DNA from: Octopus sinensis
Taxonomy: Eukaryota
Assembly (NCBI RefSeq): GCF_006345805.1
Contig: NW_021835995.1
Location: forward strand, 158,795 to 222,794
DNA length: 64,000 nucleotides
Direction of reading: 5' to 3'
Below the pieces are notes generated by a model, which saw nothing but the letters and a program-made list of their open reading frames with translations, ran no database searches and had not been told where the DNA came from. The position numbers were made by a program, and so were the translations under genes. This document shows, piece after piece, positions 1 through 11,764 of the stretch (positions within the stretch are counted from its first letter, which is position 1; each line of letters begins with the position of its first letter).

Positions 1-176
1 ACCAAAAAAGCACCCAGGACATGCTGTAAAGTGGCAACCCATTACAAAGTGCATTGAGCCGGAGAAACCCTGCCAAACAGACACTGGAGCACATTGCAGT
101 CTTTGGGCTCATCTGACCCTCTCAAACCAGCTATTCCATGTCAACATGCAACACAAATATTAAATGATGATTATGA

Positions 177-523
177 TGTAGTAAAGATTGTTTGCCAACA
201 TAACATAGCAGTCTTGGTTTAGGACGACTGTTGCTGTAATTTAGCCCCAGGAGACATCGTCTCCAGCTGGCTATACAACACGATCTGTGTCCTTATATTG
301 TCAAACAAGGGAATCTAGCACCCCCACTCAGTTCAAAACAATATCTGTGTATTGCGATTTCTGGGTTATTTCTCTTCATCAGCACAGAATAATCGTTCGA
401 AAATGTAAGCACAAAGATTGCGTCATATAGCCAGCTGGAGACGATGTCTCCGGGGCTAAATTACAGCAACATTAGTCCTAAACCAGGACTGCCGTGTTAT
501 GTTGGCAAACAATCTTTACTACA
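177..523 (-). mobile_element. Foldback element with ~98-bp inverted arms (177-275 / 426-523) enclosing a hammerhead motif; possible Penelope-like-element derivative
   Basis: Arm TGTAGTAAAGATTGTTTGCCAAC...CCAGCTGGCTATA recurs as its reverse complement with few mismatches. No clear TSD. Confidence 0.75.
344..388 (-). ncRNA. Type I hammerhead ribozyme motif
   Basis: Minus strand TCTGTG-CTGATGA-A-GAGAAATAACCCA-GAAA-TCGCAA-TA-CACAGA: 6-bp stem I, intact core, AUA cleavage triplet, near-palindromic helix III (ATCGCAAT). Stem II is imperfect. Confidence 0.6.
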
Positions 524-569
524 AAGTATTGTTGCTGAATATCTCACATTGTGAGATTTAAAAATAGTA

Positions 570-760
570 ATTTTCTAATTGATGATAATGATGTATCAAA
601 AAATTGTCCTGAGTCTAATGCAGCTGTATTATGGATGGGAGGCCAAAGTGTGACATGCAAAGGAACCAGACGAGCGTAAGCCTGCAAGGCACAGCAATTG
701 TTACTAATGATAAAATACTGGAAATGAGCCAAAATATCACAGACTGTTAGCACAAAATTA
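570..760 (+). mobile_element. Highly degenerate RTE-type RT C-terminal fragment
   Basis: Frameshifted remnants LYGWEA and VTNDKILEM resemble RTE LYG.E.W and VTNEEIL motifs. Confidence 0.35.
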
Positions 761-2148
761 CAAAATAATTGCTCACAGTTATGTGGTGAGGTGACAATAT
801 CTCTTCATACCACCTTCCCCAGCATATATAACTCACACCTGATATGTGTTTTGCATTATTTAATGTACCATTTAAGGAACATTTTTTTTTTTTTAATTAT
901 CTAAATGAAAAATTCTGCTAGCCTGTCAGCTATCTGCAATGACTGGATGACAACAAGGTCATAAGTGTGGTGTATCACCCTGGTGCATGATCATGGCTAT
1001 GTAAAACAACACAGCCAGAAATATGAGTTTTACATCCTGTTTGGCAATTTTCTTAACCAGAAAATAAACAACTGTGCAGTTAAGCTGAAAGACAATTAAG
1101 TTGAAATACAGCACTCATATACTGTATCCAATATACTTTCACACATTATATATTATGTTGTTTTTGCTACGAAATATACTTGTGAGGTAGGGGCGTGTCT
1201 TACATGCCAAAAATACAGGATATAAGACAGATACAAATAAATCATTCTAGCTAGAATATATAGAGAGATAAAGGAAGGTCAATAAACGTTTACATAATTT
1301 AATTATTTTGTAATCTCTCTCACACACACACACACACACTCTCTCTCTCTCTCTCAGACAGACAAACAAACAGACAGTATACCATATGCACAGCCAAGTG
1401 CTTAAGAAGTTTGCTTTGCAATCACAAAAGTCACGGTTCAACCCCTTTGCATGGCATCGAGAGCAAATTTCATTTGTCATGGCCTCGGGTTGTGATAAAT
1501 GGCACACAAGTGGAACCTAGTTTGACAGAAACTGTGTAGAAGCCCATCACATGTGTACATTTGTGTGCACGCTTGTCTAGACATCATGCTGATGGTTGTA
1601 CATGATCATCATCAACATGATCATATGAGCAAGATTGTTTATTTCCAATCTTCCATGAAAAGCAAGTCTGGCCATGGGGGAAATATTCCCTTACTTGTAA
1701 ACAGGTGAAGGTTGGTGACAAGAAGGGCATCTGTCCATGGAAAATCTGCCTCAAATTCCATCTGATCCATGCAAGAATGGAAAACTGGACATGAAATGGC
1801 GATGATTTAACACAATGCACTGCCTGGTCCCAGAATCGAAACCACAATCTTGCAATCATGAGGGCAACATTCTAACTGCTAGACCAAACACCTCTGCAAG
1901 CTTTACACCCATGTATAAAGAAAGCAAAAAAAAAAAATTAAATAATCCTTTCTATTGTAGACGCAAAGCCTGAAATTTTGAAGGATGAGATTACTTGATT
2001 ACATCAACCCCATTGCATAACTGGTACACATACTTTATCAAACACAAAAGAACAAAAGGCAAAGTCAATCTCAGAGGAATTTGACCTCAGAACAAAGACA
2101 TTTTGTCTGGCATGGTAACAATTCTGCCAGCTTGCTATCTTATAAAAC

Positions 2149-2545
2149 TAGGTGTGGCTGTGCGGTAAGAACTTGCTAAGGCTTAAGGTGGCGAGCTGGC
2201 AGAAACGTTAGCATGCTGGGCAAAATGCTTAGCGGTATTTAGTCTGCCGTTATGTTCTGTGTTCAAATTCCGCAGAGGTCGACTTACCTTTCATCCTTTC
2301 AGGGTCAATAAATTAAATACCAGTTACGCACTGGGGTTGATGTAATTGACTTAATGTCTTTGTTTGTTCCTCTATTTTTAGCCCCTTGTAGGCAATAAAG
2401 AAATAAGAACTTACTTCCCAAACACATGATGCCATTTTCAGTCTCAGTGTCCGGCATCTTGGACAAGTGTCTTCTATTATAGCATCGGGCCAACCAAAGC
2501 CCTCTCAGTGAATTTGGTAAACAGAAACTATAAGAAGCTCATAGT
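2149..2545 (+). mobile_element. SINE family B head (GTGGCTGTGTGGTAAG...) interrupted by a SINE-A insertion
   Basis: The head sequence resumes at 2404 after the insert and matches other B copies (18457, 19590, 41295). Confidence 0.8.
2178..2403 (+). mobile_element. SINE family A (AAGGCGGCGAGCTGGCAGAA head) with Tx1-like tail, flanked by a 12-bp TSD
   Basis: B-box-like GTTCAAATTCC; central CCTTTCATCCTTTC.GGGTC.ATAAA block; tail CCCCTTGTAGGCAATAAAGAAA; TSD TAAGAACTTGCT (2166-2177) / TAAGAACTTACT (2404-2415). Confidence 0.85.
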
Positions 2546-3296
2546 GTATATATAAATATATATGTGTGGTTGATGCCAGTGCCACCTGATTGGCACCTGT
2601 GCCAGTGACATGTAAAAAGCACCATTCAGTGCTGCCTGACTGGCTCCCATGCTGATGGCATGTATAAAGCACCCACTATACTTTCGGAGTGGTTGACATT
2701 AGGAAGGGCATCTAGCTGTAGAAACCTTGCAGCTTCCTGGCTTGCCAATCCTCACTCCAACCGTCCAACCCATGCCAGCATGGAAAGCAGACGTTAAACG
2801 ACGACAATGATGATAATGATAATGAGAGTGTGTGTGTCTTTGTGTCTGTCCCCTACCATCACTTGATAACTGCTGTTGGTGTGGTTCAGCACAAGTGACT
2901 GATAGAATAAGAACCAGGCTTTAAAAAAATAAGCACTGAGGTTGATTCAAGGGCGGTGCTCCAGCATGGCCGCAGTCTAATAACTGAAACAAGTAAAAGA
3001 CAAAAGACGATAAAATAAATTACTGTCAGAAATTCTTGTCACTGAACTAGAAACTTTGAAGCTCAACCAGTTATCAAGTTTTCAGGATTTCTTTTTCTTC
3101 ATTGACTTTTACAGTTCAAATTACAAAAAGAAAGAACCAAGTACTTTGAACTGAACAGAACAAAACGGTAAAAAGAAAAAACAATACTAAAACAAACAAA
3201 AAAAGTTAATGAAGATGGTAAAAGTATTGATCTACAGCATTAATTTCGAAGACAGCACTGGTTATTAGTCGGTTGCGAATTAATTATATAATTTAA

Positions 3297-3447
3297 TTAG
3301 TTAAGTTGACGTAATTGTCTTCTGTGGCGCACAAGGAAATTTTGAATTTTAAGATTCCTCCAATTTATCCAACGTAGCACATCATCCGTTAAGACTGCGT
3401 GCACTTTGTCGGTCGGGAGTTTCATCTGACATTGATAATATTGAATT
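3297..3447 (-). CDS. Candidate terminal coding exon, unknown product (xIQYYQCQMKLPTDKVHAVLTDDVLRWINWRNLKIQNFLVRHRRQLRQLN*)
   Basis: Non-repetitive, CpG-richer open frame after a pyrimidine-rich ...TTGAAG acceptor, followed by a U-rich UTR-like tract. No family recognised. Confidence 0.3.
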
Positions 3448-4334
3448 CTTCAAGTGAAGACAATCAATAGAATAGAAAATGCAAGTAAGCAGGCAGGGAA
3501 ATACTAGACACTAGCAGTGGCAGTATACACACATGCACACATGCACTCACTGCATCGAATATCAATATATGTACCTGTGCATGTGCATATATGTGTCTGT
3601 GTGTGTGGAGGGGTATATAATGTATGTATGTATCCGATGCAAAAATAAAAAAAACATAAAGACAAAGTAAAAAAACAAAAAGGGTATTAGGTTTACACTC
3701 AGGAAAAACAGAAATAAAAGTCTTGTATGTTTTATATATATGTATATATATGTGTGTGTGTGTGTGTGTGTAATGTATCAGTCTTGGTTGTAATACCCTG
3801 ACGTGCAATTTAACCCCATGTTCATCTCAAATCTACAAACCAACCGTTATTGAAGATTCCCTAAATATACAAATTCTATCACTGCACAAAGAGACAAAGG
3901 CATTTGTTTTCCTATTTTCTTGTCTGTCAAAGATTACATTGCTCAACCAGTTACTAGTTTTCTTTATGTAAACTCACTCAGTTCTTCTTATTGTTGTTAT
4001 TCTTGAAGGCAGCAAGCTAGCAAAATTGTTAACACACTGGACAAAATGCTTAATGGTAATTCGCCCATTGCTACATACTGGGCTCAAATTCCACCGAGGT
4101 CGATTTTGCCTTTCATCATTTTGGGGTCAAGAAATTGAGCACTAGTGATTCACTGGGGTTTATGTAATTGACTAGTCCTCTCCCCCAAAATTTCAAAACC
4201 TTTTGCCTTCAGTAGAAAGGATTATTGTTGTTATTCTAGTCCTTAACTAATCTTATTCAGTTCTGTTTCTTGAGTAGAAATTATAAAACAGTCAATGAAG
4301 AAATTAGAAGCAAATCTTAAATACAGTTATCATC

Positions 4335-4830
4335 ATCAGCAGCAGCAGCAGCATCATCATCATCGTTTAACATCTGCTTTCCATGCTGGCATGTGTTGGG
4401 CAGTTTGACTGAAGACTGGTGAACTAGAGGCAGCACCAGGCTCCAATCTGATATGGCAGAGTTTCTACAGCTGGATGCCCTTCCTAATGCCAACCACTCC
4501 GAAAGTGTAGTGGGTGCTTTTACATACCACTGGCTCAAGGACCAGTCAGGCGGTTCTGGCAACAACCATGCTCAAAAGGTGTTTTTTACGTGCCACCTGC
4601 ACGGGAGCCCGTCCGGTGGCACTGGCAATGACCACGCTCGAATGTTGTTTTGTACGTGCCACCAGCACATGTGCCGGTAAGGCAACGCTGGCAACGATCA
4701 TGCCTGAATGGTGCTTTTCACATGCCATCGGCACGGGAGCCAATCCGTGGCCCTGGCAACGATCACGCTTGGATGTGCTTTTAACGTTCCACTAGCACAA
4801 GTGCCAATCAGGCAGTACTATCATAGGCCG
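4335..4830 (-). mobile_element. RTE LINE 3' end (UTR with ~65-bp minisatellite and (GAT)n tail)
   Basis: Same terminal block (AGGAAGGGCATCCAGCTGTAGAAAC...CATGCCAGCATGGAAAGCAGATGTTAAACGATGATG) as the ORF-bearing copy at 5356-7074. Confidence 0.8.
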
Positions 4831-4976
4831 CTTCAGCGATTTTGATTTGTTTTCCTTGGATGTAAAAATGTATTATGTTAAGTGAAATTCCATTGTTTGA
4901 TAAGTACCATAGTCCTATATTTACATGCTTATTGATAACACAGTGTCTTAATATTTAAATCTTTAATAACATAAAG

Positions 4977-5226
4977 TTGTGATTCTCCACCAGGGTCCAT
5001 ACAGCCCTTAGGGGTTCCTATAAGACTTTGTTGTTAAAATTTATCTGCAATAAATTGGTTAAACTTCTACAGTATATAAAATATTTTAACAATTTTTTTA
5101 TATAATTATTAATAATATTTAATTATAAAATAATAGGAATTTTTAAACATTGAATTACTATGGAGGTCCAGTAGAATAAAATAAGAATCAAAGGGGTCCA
5201 TAGGGAAAAAGGGTTGAGAATCATTG
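4977..5226. mobile_element. hAT (Charlie-like) MITE
   Basis: Degenerate TIRs TTGTGATTCTCCACC / GGTTGAGAATCATTG; imperfect 8-bp TSD ACATAAAG / ACTTAATG. Confidence 0.5.
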
Positions 5227-5355
5227 ACTTAATGTAGTGTATAGTCATCTATGTATTATACTTAATGTATATACACTGTTCATAGGCCAGTTACTGCAGT
5301 ATTTGTTCTGATACATCTCTTATAGATGTGCTGTGTTAAAATCGCAATATCAGAT

Positions 5356-7074
5356 TCATCATCATCATCATCGTTTAAAGTCCGCTTTCCATGCTAGCAT
5401 GGGTTGGACGATTTTGACTGAGGGGCTGGTGAACCAGATGGCTGCACCAGGCTCCAATCTTGTTCTGGCAGAGTTTCTACAGCTGGATGCCCTTCCTAAT
5501 GCCAACCACTCCGAGAGTGTAGTGGGTGCTTTTTACATGCCACAGGCACGAGGGCCAGTCAGGCGGTACTGGCAATGACCTCGCTCAAATCCTTTTACAC
5601 ATGCCACTGGCACAGGTGCCAGTAAGGCGACGTTGGTAACAATCACACTCGAACGGTGCTCTTTTACATGCCACTGGCACAGAAGCCAGTTGGCTGCTCT
5701 GGCAACGATCACGCTCAGAAGGTGCTCTTGGCATCCTACTAGCATGGGCACAAGTGCCAGTAAGGCAATGCTGGTAACAGTCACACTCGAATGGTGCCCT
5801 TTTATGTTCCACTGGCACGGAAGCCGGTTAGCCGCTCTGTCAATGATCACACTCGTATGGTGCTCTTTGCACCCCACTAGCACAGATGCCAGTCATCGGA
5901 TTTGATTTTGATTTTGATTTCACTTGCCTCAACAGGTCTTCGCAAGTAGAGTTTAGTGACCAAAGAAGGAAAAGGTATGCATAAGCGGGCTGGTTACGCT
6001 CCTGGCATAGGCCACAGATTATGGTCTAATTTGGCTTGCCGGGTCTTCTCAAGCACAGCATATTTCCAAAAGTCTCAGTCGCTAGTCATTTCCTTGGTGA
6101 GGCCTAATGTTCGAAGGTCGTGCTTCACCACTTCATCCCAGGTCTTCCTGAGTCTACCTCCTCCACAGGTTCCCTCAACCACTAGGGTGTGATACTTTTT
6201 CACACAGCTATCCTCATCCATTCTCGCCACATGACCATACCAGTGCAGTCATCTCTCTTGCACACCACATCTAATGCTTCTTAGGTCCAACTTTTCTCTC
6301 AAGGTACTTACACTCTGTCAAGTATGCACACTGACATTACACATCCATCGGATCATACTGGCTTCATTCCTTGCAAGCTTACACATATCCTCAGCAGTCA
6401 CAGCCCATGTTTCCCTGCCATGTAGCATGGCTGTTTGTACACAAGCGTCATACAGTCTACCTTTTACTCTGAGCAAGAGGCCCTTTGTCACCAGCAGAGG
6501 TAAGAGCTCTCTGAACTTTGCCCAAGCTATTCTTATTCTAACACCTACACTTTCAGCGCACCTTCCTCTGCTACTGACTTGGTCACCTAGGTAATGGAAG
6601 CTATCAACTACTTCTAGTTTTTTCTCCCTGGAATGTGGTGGAAGTTGGTCTCTGCGCATTTTCAGTGTTTATTGCTCCCGAACATCTGCCACATACAAAA
6701 ATCTATCTTCCCAGTTAGCCTTCCTTTGATATTACTGCATCTCTTATGTGTCCATAGCTTACACGGGGTACATCTTATAGAGTTTCTACCTATGCCTCTA
6801 CTACAGATCGAGCAGGGCCATCTACCTGAAGGGATTTGTGGTTTACCTGCCTTCCTACTTATTAGGACTTTGGTTTTAGCTAGGTTGATTCTAAGGCCCT
6901 TCGGTTCTAATCCTTGTTTCCACACTTGAAACTTCTCCTCTAGTTCTGATAGTGACTCAGTAATTAGAGCAAGGTCATCGGCATAGAGGAGCTCCCAGAG
7001 GCATCCTGTCTTGAATTCCTCCGTTATTGCCTGGAGGACTAGGATAAATAGGAGGGGGCTGAGGACTGAACCTT
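5356..7074 (-). mobile_element. 5'-truncated RTE-clade LINE (RT domain from QGSVLSP through thumb, 3'UTR minisatellite, (GAT)n tail)
   Basis: QGSVLSPLLF, LYADDL, NLAKTKVL, FHYLG...RIRIAWAKFRELLPLL, RLYDACVQTAMLHGRETW; frameshifted ORFs 6662-6925 and 6318-6659. Confidence 0.93.
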
Positions 7075-7490
7075 ATTTCCAGTTAAAACTATTTCACTTA
7101 CACTTTTAATTCCCTTAAATAAAGTAAGAATACCACAACCTCACTCCCATCCCTTTCTCCCAGTCTTTGAAATCAATTATTATTATTATTTTAATGCACT
7201 GGGGTCGATGTAATTGACTTGATCCGTTTGTCTGTCCTTGTTTGTCCCCACTGTGTTAACCTCTTCTGGGTAGTAAAGAAAAAGATTATTATTATTATTA
7301 TAGATACATGGATACTTCTAATCACAAAAGGTCAATCGATTGACTCTATTTATTATACTACTCCATCTAATAAATAAACAAAAGAAACATTTTATGACTT
7401 TAAAAGCATTGAATAACAAAAGTATTGAACAAGCAACAACTAGCCATCAATTGGTTGGCTGTTCCTATTCTATTATCAGCATTTTTATGT

Positions 7491-7875
7491 GAAGGCAAAA
7501 TGGCCCAGTGGTTAGAGCAGTGGACTTGCAGTCATAGGATCGCGGTTTCGATTCCCAGACCGGGCGTTGTGAGTGTTTATTGAGCGAAAACACCTAAAGC
7601 TCCACGAGGCTCTGACAGGGGATGGTAGTGAACCCTGCTGTACTCTTTCACCTCAACTTTCTCTCACTCTTTCTTCCTGTTTCTGTTGAACCTGTATTTC
7701 AAAGGGCCAGCCTTGTCACACCTCTGTGTCATGCTGAATCTCCCCAAGAACTAAGTTAAGGGTACACGTGTCTGTGGAATGCTCAGCCACTTGCACTTAC
7801 ACATTAATTTCATAAGTGGGCTCTTCCATTGATCGGATCAACTGGAACCCTTGTCGTCATAACCGACAGAGTGCC
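7491..7875 (+). mobile_element. SINE family C (GGAGGCGCAATGGCCCAGTGG-type tRNA head), tail variant 1
   Basis: A box TGGCCCAGTGG and B box GGTTTCGATTCC; head nearly identical to 47919; this tail also occurs inverted at ~8555-8715. Confidence 0.85.
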
Positions 7876-8734
7876 ATGATCAACATTTTGTTGCATCCAT
7901 AGCAAGTAATGACACTTCTCTCTTCACTACCTGCTGGGTCTAGATAAGTACCATAACAGGGTACATACAAATCAGGATTGTAAGCCATGCTAGCACTGTA
8001 CATGCCAATGAGAGAGAGAGAGAGCCTTTCTGTGGTTCCTCAACAGAGATATCTTTTCCAAGAAATATAGTTTTCAATTTTTACAAGTAAATTTTCACTT
8101 TGTTTCTTTTTTTCTCTTGTGATATCTGAAGAGAAAAAGTATTACTCAAAGGTGGTGGTCGTCTCAGTTATAGAGATGGAGAAAAAGAGGAAGATAATTG
8201 CAAATATGCAATCACACTTTTGCTTGCCTACCCGCGGTTAATGTAAATATACGATGTAGAGCTGCCCTACACCTATCACAGACTTTTTAGCGACTGACAT
8301 ATGTTTACATTCGCTATCGTGTACTTTATCACTTGAGGTGTGCATGCTCGCCATCCTGTGCATTATCTTAGCTATTTTAGGTTACGTTCAAGTCATGAGA
8401 CTAGCAGTAGACCAATGTAAAGTTCCGAGGAAGAGGAGGAAGGAGAGGAGGGGATGGAATTACTTCCGAAAGTTCCAAGGAGGGGAAGAATTACTTCTTT
8501 GATGTGAACCCCACTAAATCCTTCAAGCACCAAGAAGAGTGTACTGGGACTCCATCGTTTATGATAAGTGTTCCAGATCATTCAATCAATGGAACAGCCT
8601 GCTCATGAAATTAATGTGCAAGTGGCTGAGCACTCCAAAGGCATGTGCATCCTTAATGTAGTCCCCAGGGAGATTCAGCATGACACAGAATATGACAAGG
8701 CTGGCCCTTTGAAATACAGGTACTCTTTTCTCTT

Positions 8735-9128
8735 TTTACTCGTTTCAGTCATTTGACTGTGGCCATGCTGGAGCACCGCCTTTAGTCAAGCAAATCGACC
8801 CCAGGACTTATTCTTTGTAAGCCTAGTACTTAATCTATCAGTCTCTTTTGCTGAACCGCTAAGTTACAGGGACATAAACACACCAGCATCATTTGTCAAG
8901 CGATGTTGGGGGGGGGGGACAAACACAGACACACAAACATTATACACACACATATATATATACATACAACAGGCTTCTTTCAGTTTCTGTCTACCAAATC
9001 CACTCACAAGGCTTTGTTTGGCCCAAGGCTATAGTAGAAGACACTTGCCCAAGGTGCCATGCAGTGGGACTGAACCCGGAACCATGTGGTTTGTAAGCAA
9101 GCTACTTACCACACAGCCACTCCTACAC
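8735..9128 (-). mobile_element. Full-length SINE family B with CR1-group-type tail
   Basis: tRNA-like head, (TA/TG)n middle, tail GGCGGTGCTCCAGCATGGCCACAGTCAAATGACTGAAAC. Confidence 0.88.
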
Positions 9129-9758
9129 CTACTCACTTTTGCCAGCTGAATAGACTGAGCAATGTGAAATAAAGTGTCTTGCACAAGGACACAATGCCCC
9201 ACCAGAAATTGAACTCATGACCTTAAGCTCATGAGCTGAATCCCTAACCACTGAGCCATGAGTCTTCATTGCAAGAAGAATATAACATGCTCTAATTGCC
9301 CCTATGTGTGTCATACAATGAACCAATGTATGGAGAAGTGTGCATACAATAAGATTCCCCTCACCAGCCAGACTGAAGCTTGTTAAATATCTAAAGTGCA
9401 AGACATTCAATGGACTTGACTGAATTTTTTTAACAATTATAACAAAGGAGAAAAAAAAACCAAAATAAAGAAAATATATAATGCTTTTCTACTCCATTCA
9501 CTCTCTTTGATATCTCCTTTTCTGTCTGTCTTTAAAGCATTAAGTATTGTGCTTAGCTTTTAACAAACAAAACAGATATAGTTTATTAAACTAGCAGTTA
9601 GTTATGTCTCAGGTAGCATAAGGTAGCATAGATGGATGTGATTATAGGGTTGTATTGTCTCAAAAAAAAGTAGGATTAAGAGCTTTACCAAAGGATTTAT
9701 GTTATGACTAAGTAATTTAATGAATACACATTTAAAAAAACAAATCATTTAGTTATTA

Positions 9759-9928
9759 CAGTTCTATATTTAAGAGATGAGGAATTATGTACATTATTTA
9801 CATTATTTACATTTAACAGATATTTGTCCTCATCTCTTTATTTTACGGCTGATATACCCTCCAGCCTTCATCAGGTATCTTGGGGAAATTTCAAACCTGG
9901 GTTCTCTTTCCTAAGGTATTTTTTGATG

Positions 9929-9973
<45 letters not shown>

Positions 9974-10049
9974 TCACTGCTTGGAATTGAACTTGGAATC
10001 TTGGGGTTAGTAGCCTGTGCTCTTAACCACTATGCCGCCATATGCCTGC
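9759..10049 (-). mobile_element. SINE family D: tRNA head + (AAT)n + tail carrying a (damaged) hammerhead core
   Basis: A box TGGCGGCATAGTGG and B box AGTTCAATTCC. Tail has CCTGATGAAGGCTGGAGGGTATATCAGCC, but the GAAAC/helix III part is lost in this copy. Homologous to 23452-23842. Confidence 0.8.
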
Positions 10050-11626
10050 GACCAGAATAATGATGATGATGATGATGATAACAACATCAACAGCAGCAGC
10101 AGCCGCAGCAGCAGCAGCAACAGCAACAGCAACAACAAACAACATCTTCTGCACTGACTGGTTCTTTTGATCAATGGCTCTGTTGCAATCCACCAAACAG
10201 ATATATGAAGCCTTGATCTTTACCGGAAGGACTTCCACCACTATTGAGATTATTATTAATTTCATATAGATAGGCACAGGCATGGCTGTCTGGTAAGAAG
10301 CTGGCTTCCCAACCACATGGTTCTGGGTTCCATCCCATTGCATGGCACTTTGGACAAGTGTCTTCTACTATAGCCTTGGGTCAACTAAAGCCTTGAGTAG
10401 ATTTGGTAGATGGAAACTGAAAGAAGCCCATTGTGTGTGTGGTGTCTGTTCCTCCCACTGCTTGACAACTGGTGTTGGTGTGTTTACGTCCCCATGACCT
10501 AATGGTTCAGCAAAAACAGCTGGTACAATAAGCACCAGACTTACACCTTGTATCCTCCTTTAACTTTGGCTAAACTTTCTTTCACTAATAAACCTCCATT
10601 AACATCAATCTGTTTTATATCCAACTTTATTCTGAACTCATCAGTTTATTATCTGTACTATTTGGAATTGTCTCTACTTTTATGTACCTTTTACCTATTA
10701 TTTGTTTCAGTCATTAGATTGTGGCCATGCTGGGGCACCACCTTGAAGAATTTTAGTCAGTGCTTGTTTTTTTTTAAGCCCGATAGTCTCAATTGCCAAA
10801 CCACTAAGCCAGAGAGCAGCACCTAGCTCCAATTGTCTGTTTTGGAATGGTTTCTATGGCTGGATGCCCTTCCTAATGTCAATCACTGTACAGAGTGTAC
10901 TGGGTGCTTTATATGTGGAACCAGCATGGGGGCTTTATAGGTGACATCTACATGATGTGGGTGCTTTGTGCATGGCACCAGCAGAGGCATGGCTCTATTG
11001 TGAATGGAATTAGTAAAACAGTGTTGAAGCACATTTTCATGTGGGGGGTGTGGAGTTGTGTGTGTGTGTGTGTGTTTTGCTTATCTCCTTGCCATGACAG
11101 TTTGTAAAGAAATGTTACCATCTTGCAAGCAGTGTTTGTCATGGGAAGACAAAAATGTAACCTTGCTTGAAAACCAGCTAGAGCTGGCAACAGTAAGGGC
11201 AACTTTGCCATAGAAAATGTGCCTCAACAAATCCTGTCCAACCCATGCTAGCATAGAAAATTGTAAGTTAAAATGATGATGATGAGGATGATGATGAAGA
11301 TAATGGTGGTGCTAATGATGAAGATGACAATGACAATGATGATGATGATGATGAAAATGATGATGATGAAGATGATTACATGCAATTAGACACTTAATGC
11401 AGTACTCTACTACTTTGACTATCAGAAAATAATTTATCTTTGCTTATTGTTATCATTATTATTGTTATTGTTGCTATTGCTGCTGCTGTTATAGCAGTGT
11501 GTTAACTGGTAATACCTGCAATTAACAATAAAGGTATAAAAAAAAATCTGTACCACAATCAAGCCAATCAGAAATCTATTTCTTTCACCAAGTCCATCCA
11601 ACAGATTTGCAGAGATAATCACTCAC

Positions 11627-11709
11627 CAGTCAAACTGAACCCGTCTTTCCAGTCCCCAACAGGTATACATATATATACACACACATGCACGCACACACGC
11701 ACACACACA

Positions 11710-11764
<55 letters not shown>

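Noticed and set aside
544-753. Protein-like minus-strand ORF with a plausible acceptor
   Set aside because: The opposite strand carries RTE RT remnants, so it is better explained as antisense of a decayed LINE.
8568-8756. ORF MFQIIQSMEQPAHE... as an exon
   Set aside because: It is the reverse complement of the SINE-C tail seen at 7700-7870.
9366-9420. 55-bp candidate internal exon (SSPLNVLHFRYLTSFSLA)
   Set aside because: The acceptor is weak and its phase does not connect to the candidate last exon, so it is unsupported without transcripts.
11621-11670. GTGAGT donor with a short upstream frame
   Set aside because: The would-be exon is the end of an inverted-repeat arm and has no acceptor.
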